Positions 61,982-64,000 of a DNA stretch of 64,000 nt are shown piece after piece (the stretch's first letter is position 1; each line of letters starts with the position of its first letter). Under the pieces are notes generated by a model. It did no database searches, was not told where the DNA came from, and saw only the letters and a list, made by a program, of their open reading frames with translations. The translations under genes were made by a program, and so were the position numbers. The DNA is from Bugula neritina (Eukaryota > Animalia > Bryozoa). The stretch spans positions 33,045,504 through 33,109,503 of the forward strand of contig OZ037765.1 in NCBI GenBank assembly GCA_964035545.1, written 5' to 3'.

Positions 61982-62945
61982 ATTGTCTAGACATCAGAAG
62001 ACTATCTGATTACTTGACTTATATAACTCTGAAAAGTTCCTAACTTCAGCTGATGTGTCAGTCACTGAGTATCAGTACTTAGTGTCAACTTGTAGCTGTA
62101 AAGTAGAGTACACTATAGCTGATAATCTGATATACTATACACAGTATCTATACTTTATCATTACACAGTTTCATACTATTTCTTAATATTCTATGGCAAT
62201 GAGTAGAGTACTGATTATATATCCCGCTTATTATCTGCTACTTAATCAAATCAAATTGACACTTTTTCTATGCAATTGCTACTGATTTTTCTGGAAAATT
62301 ATGGAATAGACTTCATGACATGTTTTTATACTTTGTGTGTTTTAATTAACATTTATATGTGTGTTTTACATCCTTTCATACTATTTAGAGCTAACTAGTA
62401 TTATAATATACTTTAGATCACCAATTTGATTCACTGAAGCTTTGTTTTACATCTGCACTTTTACTTCAATAAAGTTTGTTTGAAAATTAAGGCTTGAATA
62501 CCTATTTTTGCTCATTATAGTTTTTACAAACAAGAGTAGAAAATAAGTATTTAAAATATAGAGTTGTCTACTTTTTCTATTAAATTTTCAAATTCGTGGT
62601 CTTTAATGTCACAGTTTTATTGCTAGGCCGCCAGTAAAGGAGATTTCAAACAAAGCAGACTAGTAGTAGTTGTGGTTAGTAATATATTCTGCACAAGGTT
62701 TTGGTAGAAGTAAAAGTGAGTATAATATTAATTTTATGCATGCAAGTCTATATTTTGGTACGGTAGGATCAAACACTGCTTAATTCAAATAAGTTACGGC
62801 GGACTCAATGTTTTTATAAATATATTATTATATTACCAATAAAACTAAAACTCTTGTATTTATTTTGCATGACAGATTGTTGCTTTCAGCTTCTTGTTAT
62901 CATGTGAATTGTTTCTAAATATTTATTTTTATTGGCAAAGCAGTG

Positions 62946-64000
62946 AATTTTCTTGGAGTTGCCCTCCTAATTTCAATGTTTCCACATACTGACAAGCTGG
63001 AATTCCTGTATCTACTACATGACAGATTGTCAATTCTCTATAAAATACAAAAATATAATTAACATTCCCACTGTCTTGCGTAAATATAGGACATGGTGTA
63101 AATTACATTGAGCTGGTTACAGATACTGAAATTTAATTTTCTTTTACCTAGAAATTAGGTGGAAGTACATTATAGCTGTTACTGCAGGGTTATATAGAAA
63201 TTTAATAGCAGTCTTAGTATTTTAATTATATAACTATGTTATGGGTCAATTTCTAACTGTTATTCTTCTTCACTACAGTAGGCCTACATAGAATAAGTTT
63301 TAAAATAGTTTGAAAAAGAAGCTATATGCATAATTTTGAGCAAAGACATTATTTTGGTGTGACTCCGTAATTCTTAGCGCATAAACATATTGATTTTAAA
63401 AACATTTAGCATGATTGAAATACATAGAATTCATGCTGACCTTTGATTTAACCTGCCAACACCAGTGTCAATGTAACAGTTCTTCATTACATTAATACTA
63501 TTTTATATTTATAAAAATCTATATTTATGCAGTCCTTATATACTTATAATTCTTCTGTCCTTTTGTCTCATGGAATAGAATATAAAGCTGAGAGAATAGA
63601 AAGTGTATATAGTTGATATTACTCTACTGTGTTGCTGAGGAAAAAGTGAAATTAGAAATTGACTAGTGAGAAGTCAGTAACCTACCAACTGCTAGTCAAA
63701 TTATTGATAAAATAAATATTTACTAGCTGGTGAATTCTAAGGTCCTGCTTTAGATATTTAAGAACTTTTATCTCAATAAACATGGCATAGTATTTGACCA
63801 GCAGTATTTTATAGATAATGTGATTATTAATTAGTTATATAATCTGGTCCACTTAACCCTGTCTATTAATAGTAATGATAAACCTCAGTTAACATTTCAC
63901 CCATATAACTTGTAAAATTATACAGTAACTTTTGACAATATATACATGTTTATTTTCTATTTTTAAAAAAATTGCTTGCTAGGGTAACACAAAGGCATAA
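62946..64000 (+). repeat. second copy of the 3240-4307 segment
   Basis: Colinear near-identity up to the window end. Confidence 0.9.

Overview
AT-rich, intron-containing eukaryotic DNA, most likely an invertebrate animal. The main feature is a spliced + strand gene (~23.3-62.0 kb, possibly starting near 19.07 kb). I can assemble it exon by exon, with GT-AG boundaries and consistent phases, into an LRR-ROC-COR-caspase protein of about 1750 aa: a Roco GTPase fused to a C-terminal caspase that keeps the catalytic His and Cys. Its LRR region is an array of 15 near-identical, symmetric phase-2 cassette exons (12 of 138 nt, 2 of 129 nt, 1 of 144 nt; two 23-aa LRRs each). Their differences concentrate on the predicted ligand-facing positions. 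The array shows higher-order segmental duplication, three partial copies of one Gypsy insertion, a 50-bp perfect palindrome over one splice donor, and an inserted Polinton/adintovirus-like fragment (PLA2, A32-like ATPase, fibre-like ORF, terminal hairpin). The window starts with the last two exons of a paralogous caspase gene. It also holds an atypical DIRAS/RASD-like small GTPase gene (- strand), a two-LTR Gypsy element with a 4-bp TSD, MITE-like inverted repeats and minisatellites. My inference is a tandem cluster of diversifying sensor-GTPase-caspase immune/cell-death receptors. No expression or database evidence was available.
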